NCBI RefSeq assembly: GCF_965208055.1
Contig: NZ_CBDBNY010000004.1
Location: 320,045-384,044, forward strand
DNA: 64,000 nt
From: Candidatus Palauibacter sp.
Lineage (GTDB): Bacteria; Gemmatimonadota; Gemmatimonadetes; Palauibacterales; Palauibacteraceae
Direction: 5' to 3'
The translations under genes and the position numbers were made by a program. This document shows positions 48,038 to 58,452 of the stretch, in pieces; within the stretch, counting starts at the first letter, position 1, and every line of letters starts with the position of its first letter. A model generated the notes under the pieces. That model was not told the DNA's origin. It did not search any database and saw only the letters and a program-made list of their open reading frames with translations.

Positions 48038-51000
48038 TCAGGTCGCGGTCAGCCGCCGCACCAGCGCCTGCAGCCATTCGCTCACCTCCCGGACCTCCTC
48101 CCGGAGTTCCTCGTGCCGCTCGTAGGCGTCGGCGCCCGGCGCCTGGTCGGCCCGCCCGGTCATGCCGGCGAGATAGTTGAGCTGGCTCAGGAGCATGGGG
48201 CGCGGATAGCTGCCCTCCGCGTCGTTTACGCGCGCGTCGAGTTCGGCGAGTTCCTCGGCCACATCGTCGAGCGTCTCGTTGCGGCCGCCGCCGGCGTCCG
48301 CGCGCGCCTCCGCGATTTGCTCGCGCAGATCGTCGATGCCGTCCGCGACCTCACGGGCCTCCGCCTGCGTCTCCCGCACGGCGAGGTTGAACCGGTACTG
48401 TTCCTCGAGGTCGGCGACGGTGACTCCCTCCGCCGCCACCCGCGGGTCGATCCGCAGTTCGAGCCCCGCCTCGGCCGTCACGCCGCCCGCCGAGAGGCGA
48501 ACCGTGTAGTCGCCCGGCGGCACGATCGGCCCGCCGCGCCCCTGGCCCTGCGAGCGCAGATCCCAGCGCAGCCGGTGCATGCCCGGCGCTGACGAGACCC
48601 CACGCGAGGGCCCGCCGCGCGGCGCCATGCGCTGCATCGCCGGTCCTCCCGCCCGGGCCGCCCCGCCGCCTCCGCCGCCGGCGTAGGAGCGGATCACCTC
48701 GCCGTCCGCGTCGAGAATCTCGATCTCCACCGTTTCGTCGGGTCCCAGGTCCGGCGAGATCCAGTAGTTGATGTCCGCGCCCGCTCCGCGATAGTTCGGC
48801 CGCGCCGTATTCGAGGCCCATTCGAAGCCCGAGTTCCGTCCGGGGCGCGTGCGGTACTGCGGCCGTCCCTCGAACAGGTGCGCCCCGCCTCCCGCCGCGA
48901 CCGATCCGTCGGCGCCGATCTCGTGCAACGGCGTGAGATCGTCCAGCACCCAGAATCCCCGGCCCATGGTCGAGAGCGCCAGGTCCTGCCGGTACACCTC
49001 GATGTCCGTCACGGGCGTCAACGGGAGGTCGAGCTGGAACGGCTGCCATGTCGCCCCGTCGTCGAAGGAGATGAAGAGCCCGAACTCCGTCCCCGCGTAC
49101 AGCAGGCCCGCGCGGTCCGGATCCTCGCGCACGACCCGCACGGGCACATCCGCGGGAATCCCGTTCGTCCCATCGGTGAGCGGCGTCCACGTCTCCCCCG
49201 CGTCGTCCGTCCGGTAGACGTAGGGGCTGAAGTCGCCGAGCAGGAAGCGGTACCCGGCCACGTACACCTTGTCCGGATCGTGCCGGGAGATGTCGATCGA
49301 GTTGATGCGGCCCTCGGGCGGCATGTCCGCCGGCGTCACGTTTTCCCACGACTCCCCGCCATCCGGCGTCACGTACACCGGGCCGTCGTTCGCCCCCGTC
49401 CAGATGACGTCGGGGTCGTGCGGCGAGGCCTCGATCACGTAGAGCGTGGAATAGTGCTCCTCTCCGGTCGCGTCGCGCGTGATCGGCCCGCCCGACACCA
49501 TCTGCCGCTCCGGGCGAAACGCGGTCAGGTCCGGCGAGATCCGCTCCCACGTGCGCCCCCCATCGCGGGTGCGGTGCACGTACTGCGAGCCGTGATAGAC
49601 GAGGTTCGGGTCGTGCGGCGACACCTCGATGGGCACGACCCGCTGGAAGCGGTAGGGGAGGTTGGCGGGGTTCGTGCCGTACATGTTCACCGCGCCGACG
49701 TAGTACTGCTGCTCCTGGCCGGTGCGCTGGTTGTAGACCCCGAAACGCCCCTTGCAGTTCGCGTACACGATGTCCGGGTCGCCCGGCTTCGGCACCGCGG
49801 GACCCGTCTCGCACCCGCCCGGCGAGCGCCAGTACGCGTCGGGACCGCCCGGCGCCGAGAGCGAAGGCTGCCGACTCGGCACCGCGACCGTATACGCGTC
49901 ATCCTGCTGCCCCGCGTAGAGCCAGTAGGGGAAGCGGTCGTCCACATCGACCTGGTACAGTTCCGCGGTGGGCTGGTTGTTGACCGGCGACCACGTCTGC
50001 CCCCCATCCAGCGTCACGACCCCGCCGCCGTCGCTGCCGTGGACCATGATCCGCGGGTCGTCCGGGTTGATCCACAGGTCGTGGTCGTCCCCGTGCACGT
50101 TCGGGATCGTCCGGAAGGTCTCTCCCCCGTCCGTCGACTTCCATGTGGACAGGTTGAGGACATAGACGACGTTCCCGTCCGTCGGATCCGCGGTGATGTT
50201 CGTGAAGTAGAAAGGCCGGTGCATGAGCTGGTTCCGCGGGTCGTCGTTGATCAACTCCCACGTCTCCCCGGCGTCGTCCGAGCGGTACAGGCCTTCGATC
50301 GGTTCGGGCGCCTCCACGAGCGCGTAGACGCGGTCGGGCATGTCCGCCGAGACGGAGAAGTCGACCTTGCCGATGAGGCCGTCCGGGAGCCCCGCCGTGA
50401 TTCGTCGCCAGGTCTCGCCCCCGTCCGTCGTCTTCCAGATGCCGTCCTCGTCGCTCGCCCCGGAGATGATCGACCACGGATGACGCTGCGCCCGCCACAT
50501 CCCGGCATAGATGACGTCCGGGTCCGCCGGATGAAACTCGAGATCGACCGCGCCGACGGAGTCCGAGGTGAAGAGGATGCGCTCCCAGTCGAGACCGCCG
50601 TTCGACGAGCGATAGACGCCCCGCGTCTCATTGTTGATGAACGGGTTTCCCATCGCGGCCGCATAGACGAGATCCGGGTTGTCCGGGTGGGCCTTCACGG
50701 ATGCGATCTGGCCCGCATCCTCCAGTCCGACGTGTTCCCAGGTCTCGCCGGCGTCCGTCGACTTATGGATGCCCTTGCCGATGATGATATTCGAGCGGAT
50801 GCCGTCCGAGCCCGTCCCGACATAGAGGATATTCGGGTCCGAGTCGGCCACTTCGATATGGCCGATGGAGGGAGACCGAAAATACCCGTCGGAGATATTC
50901 TCCCACGTCATCCCGTAGTTCGTCGTTTTCCACACGCCGCCGCCGGTCGCCCCCTGGTAGAAGGTGTGGGGATGGGAGCGGTGGCCCTCGACCGCCGTGA

Positions 51001-51217
51001 CGCGGCCGCCGCGCGAGGGGCCGACGAAGCGGAAGGAGAGGCCGCCGAAGAGACTCGGGTCGACCGTCTCCGCGGCCGGGGGCGGGTTTCGGAGGCCGGC
51101 CGGACGTTGACCCACGATCGCGCCGTCCTGTGCGGCGAGGGGCCACGCGAGGGCGCCGACGGCGACCAGAGGCATGAGGACCGTTCGTGTTCCGGAAATC
51201 GGGGCGGGGAATCGCAT
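48038..51217 (-). CDS. VPS10/BNR-repeat beta-propeller protein (putative glycosyl hydrolase)
   Basis: GPSRGGRV, many S/TxDxGxTW Asp-boxes, HGDDH, YAGTEFG, C-terminal helical region. Confidence 0.88.
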   Translation of the reverse strand: MRFPAPISGTRTVLMPLVAVGALAWPLAAQDGAIVGQRPAGLRNPPPAAETVDPSLFGGLSFRFVGPSRGGRVTAVEGHRSHPHTFYQGATGGGVWKTTNYGMTWENISDGYFRSPSIGHIEVADSDPNILYVGTGSDGIRSNIIIGKGIHKSTDAGETWEHVGLEDAGQIASVKAHPDNPDLVYAAAMGNPFINNETRGVYRSSNGGLDWERILFTSDSVGAVDLEFHPADPDVIYAGMWRAQRHPWSIISGASDEDGIWKTTDGGETWRRITAGLPDGLIGKVDFSVSADMPDRVYALVEAPEPIEGLYRSDDAGETWELINDDPRNQLMHRPFYFTNITADPTDGNVVYVLNLSTWKSTDGGETFRTIPNVHGDDHDLWINPDDPRIMVHGSDGGGVVTLDGGQTWSPVNNQPTAELYQVDVDDRFPYWLYAGQQDDAYTVAVPSRQPSLSAPGGPDAYWRSPGGCETGPAVPKPGDPDIVYANCKGRFGVYNQRTGQEQQYYVGAVNMYGTNPANLPYRFQRVVPIEVSPHDPNLVYHGSQYVHRTRDGGRTWERISPDLTAFRPERQMVSGGPITRDATGEEHYSTLYVIEASPHDPDVIWTGANDGPVYVTPDGGESWENVTPADMPPEGRINSIDISRHDPDKVYVAGYRFLLGDFSPYVYRTDDAGETWTPLTDGTNGIPADVPVRVVREDPDRAGLLYAGTEFGLFISFDDGATWQPFQLDLPLTPVTDIEVYRQDLALSTMGRGFWVLDDLTPLHEIGADGSVAAGGGAHLFEGRPQYRTRPGRNSGFEWASNTARPNYRGAGADINYWISPDLGPDETVEIEILDADGEVIRSYAGGGGGGAARAGGPAMQRMAPRGGPSRGVSSAPGMHRLRWDLRSQGQGRGGPIVPPGDYTVRLSAGGVTAEAGLELRIDPRVAAEGVTVADLEEQYRFNLAVRETQAEAREVADGIDDLREQIAEARADAGGGRNETLDDVAEELAELDARVNDAEGSYPRPMLLSQLNYLAGMTGRADQAPGADAYERHEELREEVREVSEWLQALVRRLTAT

Positions 51218-51230
51218 GTCTACTCCTGGG

Positions 51231-52892
51231 TTATCGCGTCTTGACGAGCGCTTGGCCGGCGAGCGCGTCCGTGAAGCGGCCCTCGTCGATCGCGAGCGTG
51301 CCGTTGACGAGGCAGTACTCGACCCCCTCGGCGAGACCGTGCGGGTCGTCGTACCCGGCGGTGTCGCGGAACCGCGCGAGGTCCACGACGATCACGTCGG
51401 CGACCCCGCCCGCCTCGAGCACCCCGCGGCCCTCGATCCCGTACACGCGGGCCGGGAGCGCCGTCATGGCGTGAATCGCCTGTTCGAGCGTGGTGACGCC
51501 TTCCTCCATCACGTACTTGCGGATCCGGCGCGGGAAGGCGCCGAAGCCGCGCGGGTGCGGGTGTCCTTCGCCCGGCGCCCAGAGCGAACCGTCGGACGAA
51601 GTCATCATCCAGGGCTGCGCCATGAAGCGCTCGATGTCCTCGTCGTTCATGTTGAAGGAGGTAAGGCCGGTGCCGCCGCCTCCCTCACGCGCCTCCACGA
51701 GCAGGGAGAGCGCGGTTTCGATCGCGTCCATCCCGCGCTCCTCCGCGACATCGGCCAGCGTCCGGCCCCCGTGCGGACCGCCCTGGAGCATGAGCCGGTC
51801 GGCGCCGCCCCGGCGGTCGAGGTTCTCCCACATGTCCGCCACGAGCCGCGCGCGTTCGCCCGCGTTCTCCATGCGCGCGTAGAGGGCGCCATCGTCGCCG
51901 GCGAGCGCCCAGCGCGGGACCAGGGCCCCGACGATGCTCGTGCCGGAGGCCTCGTAGGGATACTGGTCCGCGTAGACCGCGAGACCTTCCGCCCGGGCGG
52001 CCTCGATGTGGCGGACGACCTCGGCGGACTCGCCCCAGACGCGGGGACCGAGCGCCTTGATGTGCGTGACCACGCCGGTGATGCCGGAGCCCCGCGAGAT
52101 CTCGATGACCTCGTCCACGGCGCCGAGCAGGCCGATCGAATAGTCCGACTCGTCGCGGATGTGACTCTGGTACACGCCGCCGAACCCGGCGGCCACCTTC
52201 GCGAGTTCGACGACCTCGCCGGTGGGGGCGTACGACCCCGGAGAGTAGTAGAGGCCGGAGGAAAGCCCGAAGGCGCCCCCGCTCATGCCGTCGCGAACGA
52301 TGGTCCGCATGCGGTCGAGTTCCTCGGGCGTGGCTTCGCGCGCCTGCATCCCGAGTACCGCGCGGCGCACGCTGCCGTGCCCGACGAGTTGCCCCACGTT
52401 CACTCCGACGCCGGGGTCCCGGATCCGCGCCCGCTGGTCGGCGAGGTCGATCGTGCCGCCGCCATCGGGGTTCGCGAAGATCGTCGTGATCCCCTGTGCG
52501 AGGAGCGGGTGCGCCGTCCGCAGTTCACCGCGCAACAGCGCCGGCATGGCGTGGGAATGCGTGTCGATGAAGCCGGGGAAGATGTGCAGGCCGTTCGCGT
52601 CGATGACCCGGTCGGCGGTCGCCGCGCCCAGGTCGCCCAGGGCGGCGATCCGCCCGCCGTCGATCGCGAGGTCTCCGGTGCGGGCCGCGCTCCCGGAGCC
52701 GTCGACGAGCGTGCCGCCCCGGATGATCAGGTCGTAGCTCTGCGCGTCGGCGGGTCCGGCGGTCCACCAGCCGCCGGTGAGGAGCGCCGCGGCAGCGATG
52801 AGGGTCCGGGCGGCCCGTAGCGCCGGCACGGAATTTCGCCGCAAGCTGCCGGGCGTCCGCGGGGCGTGGCGGGGCGCAGTCGGGAAAAGCAT
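51231..52892 (-). CDS. N-acyl-D-amino-acid deacylase (amidohydrolase)
   Basis: YDLIIRGGTLVDGSG, PGFIDTHSH, SHIRDE, HIKALG, DQYPY, HPRGFGAFPR; signal peptide. Start uncertain. Confidence 0.88.
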   Translation of the reverse strand: MLFPTAPRHAPRTPGSLRRNSVPALRAARTLIAAAALLTGGWWTAGPADAQSYDLIIRGGTLVDGSGSAARTGDLAIDGGRIAALGDLGAATADRVIDANGLHIFPGFIDTHSHAMPALLRGELRTAHPLLAQGITTIFANPDGGGTIDLADQRARIRDPGVGVNVGQLVGHGSVRRAVLGMQAREATPEELDRMRTIVRDGMSGGAFGLSSGLYYSPGSYAPTGEVVELAKVAAGFGGVYQSHIRDESDYSIGLLGAVDEVIEISRGSGITGVVTHIKALGPRVWGESAEVVRHIEAARAEGLAVYADQYPYEASGTSIVGALVPRWALAGDDGALYARMENAGERARLVADMWENLDRRGGADRLMLQGGPHGGRTLADVAEERGMDAIETALSLLVEAREGGGGTGLTSFNMNDEDIERFMAQPWMMTSSDGSLWAPGEGHPHPRGFGAFPRRIRKYVMEEGVTTLEQAIHAMTALPARVYGIEGRGVLEAGGVADVIVVDLARFRDTAGYDDPHGLAEGVEYCLVNGTLAIDEGRFTDALAGQALVKTR

Positions 52893-53006
52893 GTTGTAGG
52901 TCATAGGGTCGAATCTGTCGGCCCGGATGGGAACCGCACAAGCAACGCGCACACAGGCAAGCTCACGCAGACAAGGCTCCCACACGAACGCTCATCGGAG
53001 GCACTC

Positions 53007-54404
53007 ATGCGCCGGAATCGTGTTCCGCTGTCGTCCCTCACGCTCGCCGGAATCGCGGCCGGCCTCGCCGTCGCGGCCGGAACCGCCCTCGCCACGCCGA
53101 CATCGCTCGAGGCCCAGGCCTTCGAGGACGCGCGCGGGAACATGTCCATCGCCCTCGCCGGCGACGCGATCATCTCCCGGAAGATGTCACCGTACCGAGA
53201 GCCCGAGTTCCTCGCCCTGCGGGACATCATCCAGAGCGCGACCACCGCGTTCGTGAACCTCGAGATCCTCTTCCACGACTACGAGGACGACGTGATCCCG
53301 GCGGCGGCGAGCGGCGGCACGTACATGCGGGCGGAGCCCGAAATCGCGCATGAACTCGCCTGGTTCGGCTTCGACATGGTGAGCCTGGCGAACAACCACA
53401 CGATGGACTTCGGGGCGGGCGGGGCGCGGCGCACGGTGGCGGCGGCAGAGGCGGCGGGACTCGCGGTCGCCGGATTCGGCGAGAACCTCGCGCGGGCGCG
53501 GGCCCCGGCCTACGTGGACACGCCCGGCGGCCGGGTCGCGCTGATCTCGATCGCCTCGACCTTCGCCGATGCGATGCGGGCCGGCCACCAGCGGCCGGAT
53601 GTACGGGGTCGCCCGGGGCTGAGCCCGATCCGCTACGAACGGCAGGTGACGGTGACCGCCGAGCAACTGGCGGGTCTCCGGAGCGCCCTCGCCGTCGCGG
53701 GGCGGGGCGGCGGCTCCGGCCCTCGGGTGAGCTTCGGGGGCAGCACGTTCATGGAGGGATCGAAGCCCGGCGTGAAGACGGTGCCGCACGCCGGAGATCT
53801 GGCGGAGATCATCGAAGTCGTGAAGGAGGCGCAACGCCAGGCCGAGTGGGTCATCGTCACGAGCCACTCGCATGAAGGCGCGGATCGCCGCGAGGTGCCG
53901 GCGGACTTCCTCGTCGACGTCGCCCGGGCGGTCGTCGACGCGGGCGCGGACATGTTCGTGGGCCACGGCCCCCACATCCTGCGCGCGATCGAGATGTACC
54001 AGGGCAAGCCGATCTTCTACTCGCTGGCGAACTTCGCCATGCAGAACGAGACGATCGAGTTCCAGCCGCAGGACAACTACGAGGCCCAGGGACTCGGGTA
54101 CGACGACCTTCCGGGCAAGTTCCAGGATGTGCGGATCGAGCGGGCCGGGGCTTCCTCCTTCCCGGCCGGGAAGGGCTTCTGGGAGAGCGTCGTCCCCGTC
54201 GTCGAGTACGAGGGCGGGATGCTGAGGGAGATCCGGCTCCACCCCATCACCATGGGCTGGCAGCTGCCGCGGCCGGTGCGCGGGCGCCCGATGATGGCGG
54301 ACGATGCGCACGGGCAGGAGATCCTCGATGGCCTGGCGAAACTCTCCGCCGAGTTCGGAACGACGATGACGATCGAGGACGGCGTCGGCGTCATCCGGCC
54401 CTGA
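53007..54404 (+). CDS. CapA-family metallophosphatase-fold protein
   Basis: GGAGG RBS; LAGD, VNLE, SLANNHTMDFG, HSHE, GHGPH, YSLANF. Confidence 0.88.
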   Translation: MRRNRVPLSSLTLAGIAAGLAVAAGTALATPTSLEAQAFEDARGNMSIALAGDAIISRKMSPYREPEFLALRDIIQSATTAFVNLEILFHDYEDDVIPAAASGGTYMRAEPEIAHELAWFGFDMVSLANNHTMDFGAGGARRTVAAAEAAGLAVAGFGENLARARAPAYVDTPGGRVALISIASTFADAMRAGHQRPDVRGRPGLSPIRYERQVTVTAEQLAGLRSALAVAGRGGGSGPRVSFGGSTFMEGSKPGVKTVPHAGDLAEIIEVVKEAQRQAEWVIVTSHSHEGADRREVPADFLVDVARAVVDAGADMFVGHGPHILRAIEMYQGKPIFYSLANFAMQNETIEFQPQDNYEAQGLGYDDLPGKFQDVRIERAGASSFPAGKGFWESVVPVVEYEGGMLREIRLHPITMGWQLPRPVRGRPMMADDAHGQEILDGLAKLSAEFGTTMTIEDGVGVIRP

Positions 54405-54419
54405 CCGGCTCCGTCGGCG

Positions 54420-55154
54420 TCAGACGGGGGCGGGCGAGATCTTCTTGCGGGGCGGGGGATAGGCGCGCGCGGACGGCTTGACGCCGGTGGCGGCGAACGA
54501 TTCCGCCGCCTTGAGCGCAGCGAGCACCGGGTTGATGACGGGCACGCCGAGGCGCTCGCCGAGCTTCCGCGCCACGTCGAGAAACCCCATCGTCATGCAG
54601 CCGAGGACGAGCGTGTCCGCGCCGGCGCGCAGCGCCGCGTGAGCCTCCGTCTCGAGCGTCTCGAGCACCTGCCCCGCGCGCTGTCTGAGTTCGAGCACCG
54701 GGACGTCCACCGCCCTGATGTCCGCCACGAGGCCTTCGAGGCCGTAGCCCCGCACCTGGCGGCGGATCGCCGGTATGACCTCCTCGACGACCGTGATGAT
54801 CGCGAAGCGCTGCCCCATCTGCGCGGCGGCGAGCGCTCCGGCCTGGCCCGGGCCGATGACGGGGAAGTCCACGAGTTCCCGCGCCGGGGCGAGGCCGGGA
54901 TCGCCGAAGCAACCGATGATCATCGCGTCGAACCCTTCCGCCTCCAGGCGGGGCGCGGCGTCGAGGATGCCGGGAACCGAGAGATACTCCTCGGCGGACG
55001 ATTCGACCGAGGCGGGACCGTCGTCCGTCTCGCGAACGACGGCCTCCGTCCCATGAAAGGCATGCTCGTTGAGGAAGGCTTGGCGCCGGACGAGTTCCTC
55101 CGGCCCGAGGGGGCCGCGGGACATCGGTCCGGGAAGGAAGTAGACGATGCGCAT
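54420..55154 (-). CDS. Asp/Glu/hydantoin racemase family protein
   Basis: GPASVES, IIGCFGDPGL, LVLGCMTM (two catalytic Cys), PVINPV. Confidence 0.88.
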   Translation of the reverse strand: MRIVYFLPGPMSRGPLGPEELVRRQAFLNEHAFHGTEAVVRETDDGPASVESSAEEYLSVPGILDAAPRLEAEGFDAMIIGCFGDPGLAPARELVDFPVIGPGQAGALAAAQMGQRFAIITVVEEVIPAIRRQVRGYGLEGLVADIRAVDVPVLELRQRAGQVLETLETEAHAALRAGADTLVLGCMTMGFLDVARKLGERLGVPVINPVLAALKAAESFAATGVKPSARAYPPPRKKISPAPV

Positions 55155-55299
55155 GGTTTCGTGATTCCCTTCGAGCTTTTCATCAGTTCGAGGATTGCGG
55201 TTCCCGTATCCCGGATATCGAACCGGCCATACGTTACGGAGTTGGCGGCCGCCACTCCCGCGCGCCCAAGGCCAACATAGCCTGACGGCTGAGAATTCG

Positions 55300-56583
55300 A
55301 TGATCAAGTCGCTTCGTCTCGTCAACTTCAAGAATTTCGCGGACGAAACCCTTCGCATGGGGCCGTTCACGGTCGTCGCGGGTGCAAACGCTAGCGGCAA
55401 GAGCAACATTCGAGACGCCTTCCGCATCCTTCATGGGATCGGCCGCGGCTACGGCCTCGCCGAAATCCTCGGGGGCAGGTACGGTCCCGGAGGGGAACTT
55501 CAGTGGAACCCGATCCGCGGCGCGCCAGGTGAGATCGCCCGCCTCGGCTCAGCTTCCTTCACGTTGCAAGTCGAAATGAACCTTACCGGCCAGGCGCGAG
55601 CGTGGCCGCCGCTGATGAAGTACGGCATCAAGATTGCCGTAGAGCAGGGAGCCTCACGGGAGTTCCGCGTCGTTTCCGAGAACCTGACCGTGAGGAACAA
55701 ACCCATCTATACGAGTCACCCGCCGGCACCTGATCCTGTTGCGAAACAAGATGACGAGACAAACTTCCTGCTGCGTATGGCCAAGACCGGCGATCAGAGG
55801 AAATACGGGCACCGCGTGATGGTGAGACCGGATCAGCCCGCGCTCACACAGATTCGAGAACACAAGAAGGTAGTGCGGCCGCACAAGGATTATGCGCAGC
55901 AGGTCATCGAGACGTTGGCGAACATGCGGTTCCTCGACCTCCTCCCCGACAGAATGCGTCGGCCGGCATTCCCTGGGCAGAGCACTTTAGGGGACAGAGG
56001 GGAGAACCTGCCCACGGTGCTCAAGGAGATCTGTGAGGACCCTTCTCGCCGCAGTGCCCTGGTGTCATGGATCCGAGAACTGACCCCAATGGATGTAGAG
56101 GATCTCAAATTCGTCAGCGACCCGACGACGGGATTGATCCAACTCGTATTCCGTGAGACGGATGGAAGCGATATCTCAGCCTATTCCGCTTCTGACGGGA
56201 CGCTCCGGTTCCTCGCTGTACTGGCGGCTCTTCTGGCGAAGAATCCTGTGGGTCTGCATGTATTCGAAGAGATCGATAACGGCATTCACCCGTCGCGCCT
56301 GCGGTTGCTACTCGATCTGATCGAAAGTCAGACCAAGAAGGGGCGGACGCAGGTTGTAACCACAACTCACTCCCCAGGCCTCCTCTCGATGGTTGGCGAC
56401 GAGACCTTCGACAGCACGGGTGTGGTCGTCCGGCGACCGCATGCGAACGATAGTGTCATTGCCTCGGTGGCAAACCTTCCCGACGCCAAGAACCTGAGAG
56501 GATCCACGGGCCTCGGCAGCCTGCTCGAGTCGAACTGGCTGGAGGATGCCGTGATCTTTACGCTCCCGGACGACGGCACTTGA
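55300..56583 (+). CDS. ABC-like AAA ATPase (AAA_21 type)
   Basis: LVNFKNF, Walker A GANASGKS, signature SDGTLRF, Walker B FEEIDNGIHP, TTHSP. Confidence 0.9.
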   Translation: MIKSLRLVNFKNFADETLRMGPFTVVAGANASGKSNIRDAFRILHGIGRGYGLAEILGGRYGPGGELQWNPIRGAPGEIARLGSASFTLQVEMNLTGQARAWPPLMKYGIKIAVEQGASREFRVVSENLTVRNKPIYTSHPPAPDPVAKQDDETNFLLRMAKTGDQRKYGHRVMVRPDQPALTQIREHKKVVRPHKDYAQQVIETLANMRFLDLLPDRMRRPAFPGQSTLGDRGENLPTVLKEICEDPSRRSALVSWIRELTPMDVEDLKFVSDPTTGLIQLVFRETDGSDISAYSASDGTLRFLAVLAALLAKNPVGLHVFEEIDNGIHPSRLRLLLDLIESQTKKGRTQVVTTTHSPGLLSMVGDETFDSTGVVVRRPHANDSVIASVANLPDAKNLRGSTGLGSLLESNWLEDAVIFTLPDDGT

Positions 56584-56593
56584 GGATCCTGAA

Positions 56594-57175
56594 TTGAACG
56601 TGCTCATCATCCCGGAGGACTTTCGCAACGATCAGTACATCCTGCGGCCGCTCTTCCAACGGCTCTTTCGGCGTCTCGGAAAGCCAACTGCGAGGATCCG
56701 AGTCTGTCAGAATCCACGATTGGGAGGAATCGATCAGGCTCTGAGAGTCGAGCGCCTTGCCGCGATCGTCGAGCAGTATCGCGGGATGACCGACCTATTC
56801 ATTCTCTGCGTTGATCGCGATGGGCAGGTTGGCCGACGGAGTCGACTCGACAGCATCGAACGGCAGTTGGCCGGTCCGCCCGTATTCCTGGCCGAGAATG
56901 CTTGGGAGGAGTTGGAGACTTGGCTTCTGGCCGGCGTGCAGCTTCCAGCCGGTTGGCATTGGTCGCACGTCCGAGCCGAAGTACACGTCAAGGAGGCGTA
57001 CTTCGAAAGGCTCGCACGGCGCCGGGGTCTGGAGGACCATCCGGGAGGAGGACGCAAGCCGCTCGGGGAGGAAGCGGCGCGGAGCGTGGAACGTATTCGG
57101 ACAAAGTGCCAGGAGGACTTCGACGCGTTGGCCCGACGGATTGAGGACTGGCTGGCTCTACCAATAGGGACGTGA
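56594..57175 (+). CDS. TOPRIM-like (DUF4276/RloB-like) partner protein
   Basis: N-terminal IIPED, CVDRDG (DxD), EELETWLLA; starts 10 bp after the ATPase. Confidence 0.6.
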   Translation: MNVLIIPEDFRNDQYILRPLFQRLFRRLGKPTARIRVCQNPRLGGIDQALRVERLAAIVEQYRGMTDLFILCVDRDGQVGRRSRLDSIERQLAGPPVFLAENAWEELETWLLAGVQLPAGWHWSHVRAEVHVKEAYFERLARRRGLEDHPGGGRKPLGEEAARSVERIRTKCQEDFDALARRIEDWLALPIGT

Positions 57176-58452
57176 CTGACATCCATCTTGGAGACCGCGA
57201 CCTCGCCCTACTGCAAGGGGGGGCGGGGGAGGGCACGCAGCTGGCCATGTCGATCCTCGCGCGCATGGCCGATGTGGTCGGGGCGCGGGAACTGCTCGAC
57301 ATCACGGCGGCGCACATCGATTCGTCGCTCTACCAGGGGCCGGCGACCCTCGAGTTCGCGGAGCGCCTGGCGGACGGCGGCGCACGGGTGCGGGTGCCGA
57401 CGACGCTCAACGTCTCCGGGGTCGACGAACACGGCTGGCGCGAGTGGGACGTGTCCGAATCCTGGGCCGAACCGGCGCGCCGCCAGATGGAGGCGTACGA
57501 GGCGATGGGCTGCGAGCCCACCTGGACGTGCGCGCCGTACCAGACACAGCCGCGTCCGGGGGTCGGGGAGCAGGTCGCGTGGGGCGAGTCGAGCGCGATC
57601 GTGTTCGCGAATTCGGTGCTGGGCGTGCGCACCGAGCGCTACCCGGACCTGCTGGACATCTGTTGCGCGGTCACGGGCCGGGCCCCGGCTGCGGGGCTGC
57701 ACCTCACGGAGAATCGAGCGGGGCAGGTGCTCGTCGATCTCTCGGGCGTCCCGGGGCGGCTCGCCGAGGAGCCCGCGCTGTATCCGGTGCTGGGACACTG
57801 GATCGGGTTGCGCGTGGAGGGGCGGATCCCGGTGCTCGACGGACTTCGGGCCCGGCCGGGAGAGGACGACCTGAAGGCGCTGGGCGCCGCCATGGCGTCT
57901 TCGGGCGCCGTGGGCCTGTTCCACTGGGTCGGCCTCACGCCGGAAGCGGCGGACCTGGACGCGGCGTTTCAGGGCGGGGGACCGGCGACTCGGCTGCGTC
58001 CGGGGCCCGCGGCGCTGCGAGCGGCGCGGGATGAACTCGGCTCGGGGCTGTCCGACGCGGACGGGCTCGACCTCGTCGTGCTGGGGAGCCCGCACTTTTC
58101 CCTCTCGGAGTTCGCGACCCTCGCGCGGCTCGTCGATGGTCGACGACGCCACGCCGGAGTGCGGCTGTTGATCACGACCGGGCGAGCCGTCCGTGAACTG
58201 GCGGCGAAAGCGGGCTACCTCGACGCGATCGAAGCGTTCGGCGGGGAGCTGACTGTCGACACGTGCATCCTCACGACGCCGATGCTGCCGGACGGGATCC
58301 GGCGGCTCATGACCAACTCGGCCAAGTACGCCTGGTACACGCCGAGCCTGCTCGATCGCGCCGTCGCCTTCGGGAGCCTGGCGGACTGCGTGGATTCCGC
58401 CGTCGCCGGGCGCGTCACGCGGGACGACGGCGCATGGACCGCCGAACCGTGA
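57172..58452 (+). CDS. Aconitase X, catalytic (large) subunit
   Basis: AHID, VPTTLN, WTCAPY, AWGESSAIVFANSVLG.RT, GSPHFS, DTC, TNSAKYAWY. Confidence 0.88.
   Translation: MTDIHLGDRDLALLQGGAGEGTQLAMSILARMADVVGARELLDITAAHIDSSLYQGPATLEFAERLADGGARVRVPTTLNVSGVDEHGWREWDVSESWAEPARRQMEAYEAMGCEPTWTCAPYQTQPRPGVGEQVAWGESSAIVFANSVLGVRTERYPDLLDICCAVTGRAPAAGLHLTENRAGQVLVDLSGVPGRLAEEPALYPVLGHWIGLRVEGRIPVLDGLRARPGEDDLKALGAAMASSGAVGLFHWVGLTPEAADLDAAFQGGGPATRLRPGPAALRAARDELGSGLSDADGLDLVVLGSPHFSLSEFATLARLVDGRRRHAGVRLLITTGRAVRELAAKAGYLDAIEAFGGELTVDTCILTTPMLPDGIRRLMTNSAKYAWYTPSLLDRAVAFGSLADCVDSAVAGRVTRDDGAWTAEP

Noticed and set aside
53007-54404. Poly-gamma-glutamate capsule locus
   Set aside because: Only a CapA-family gene; no capB or capC.
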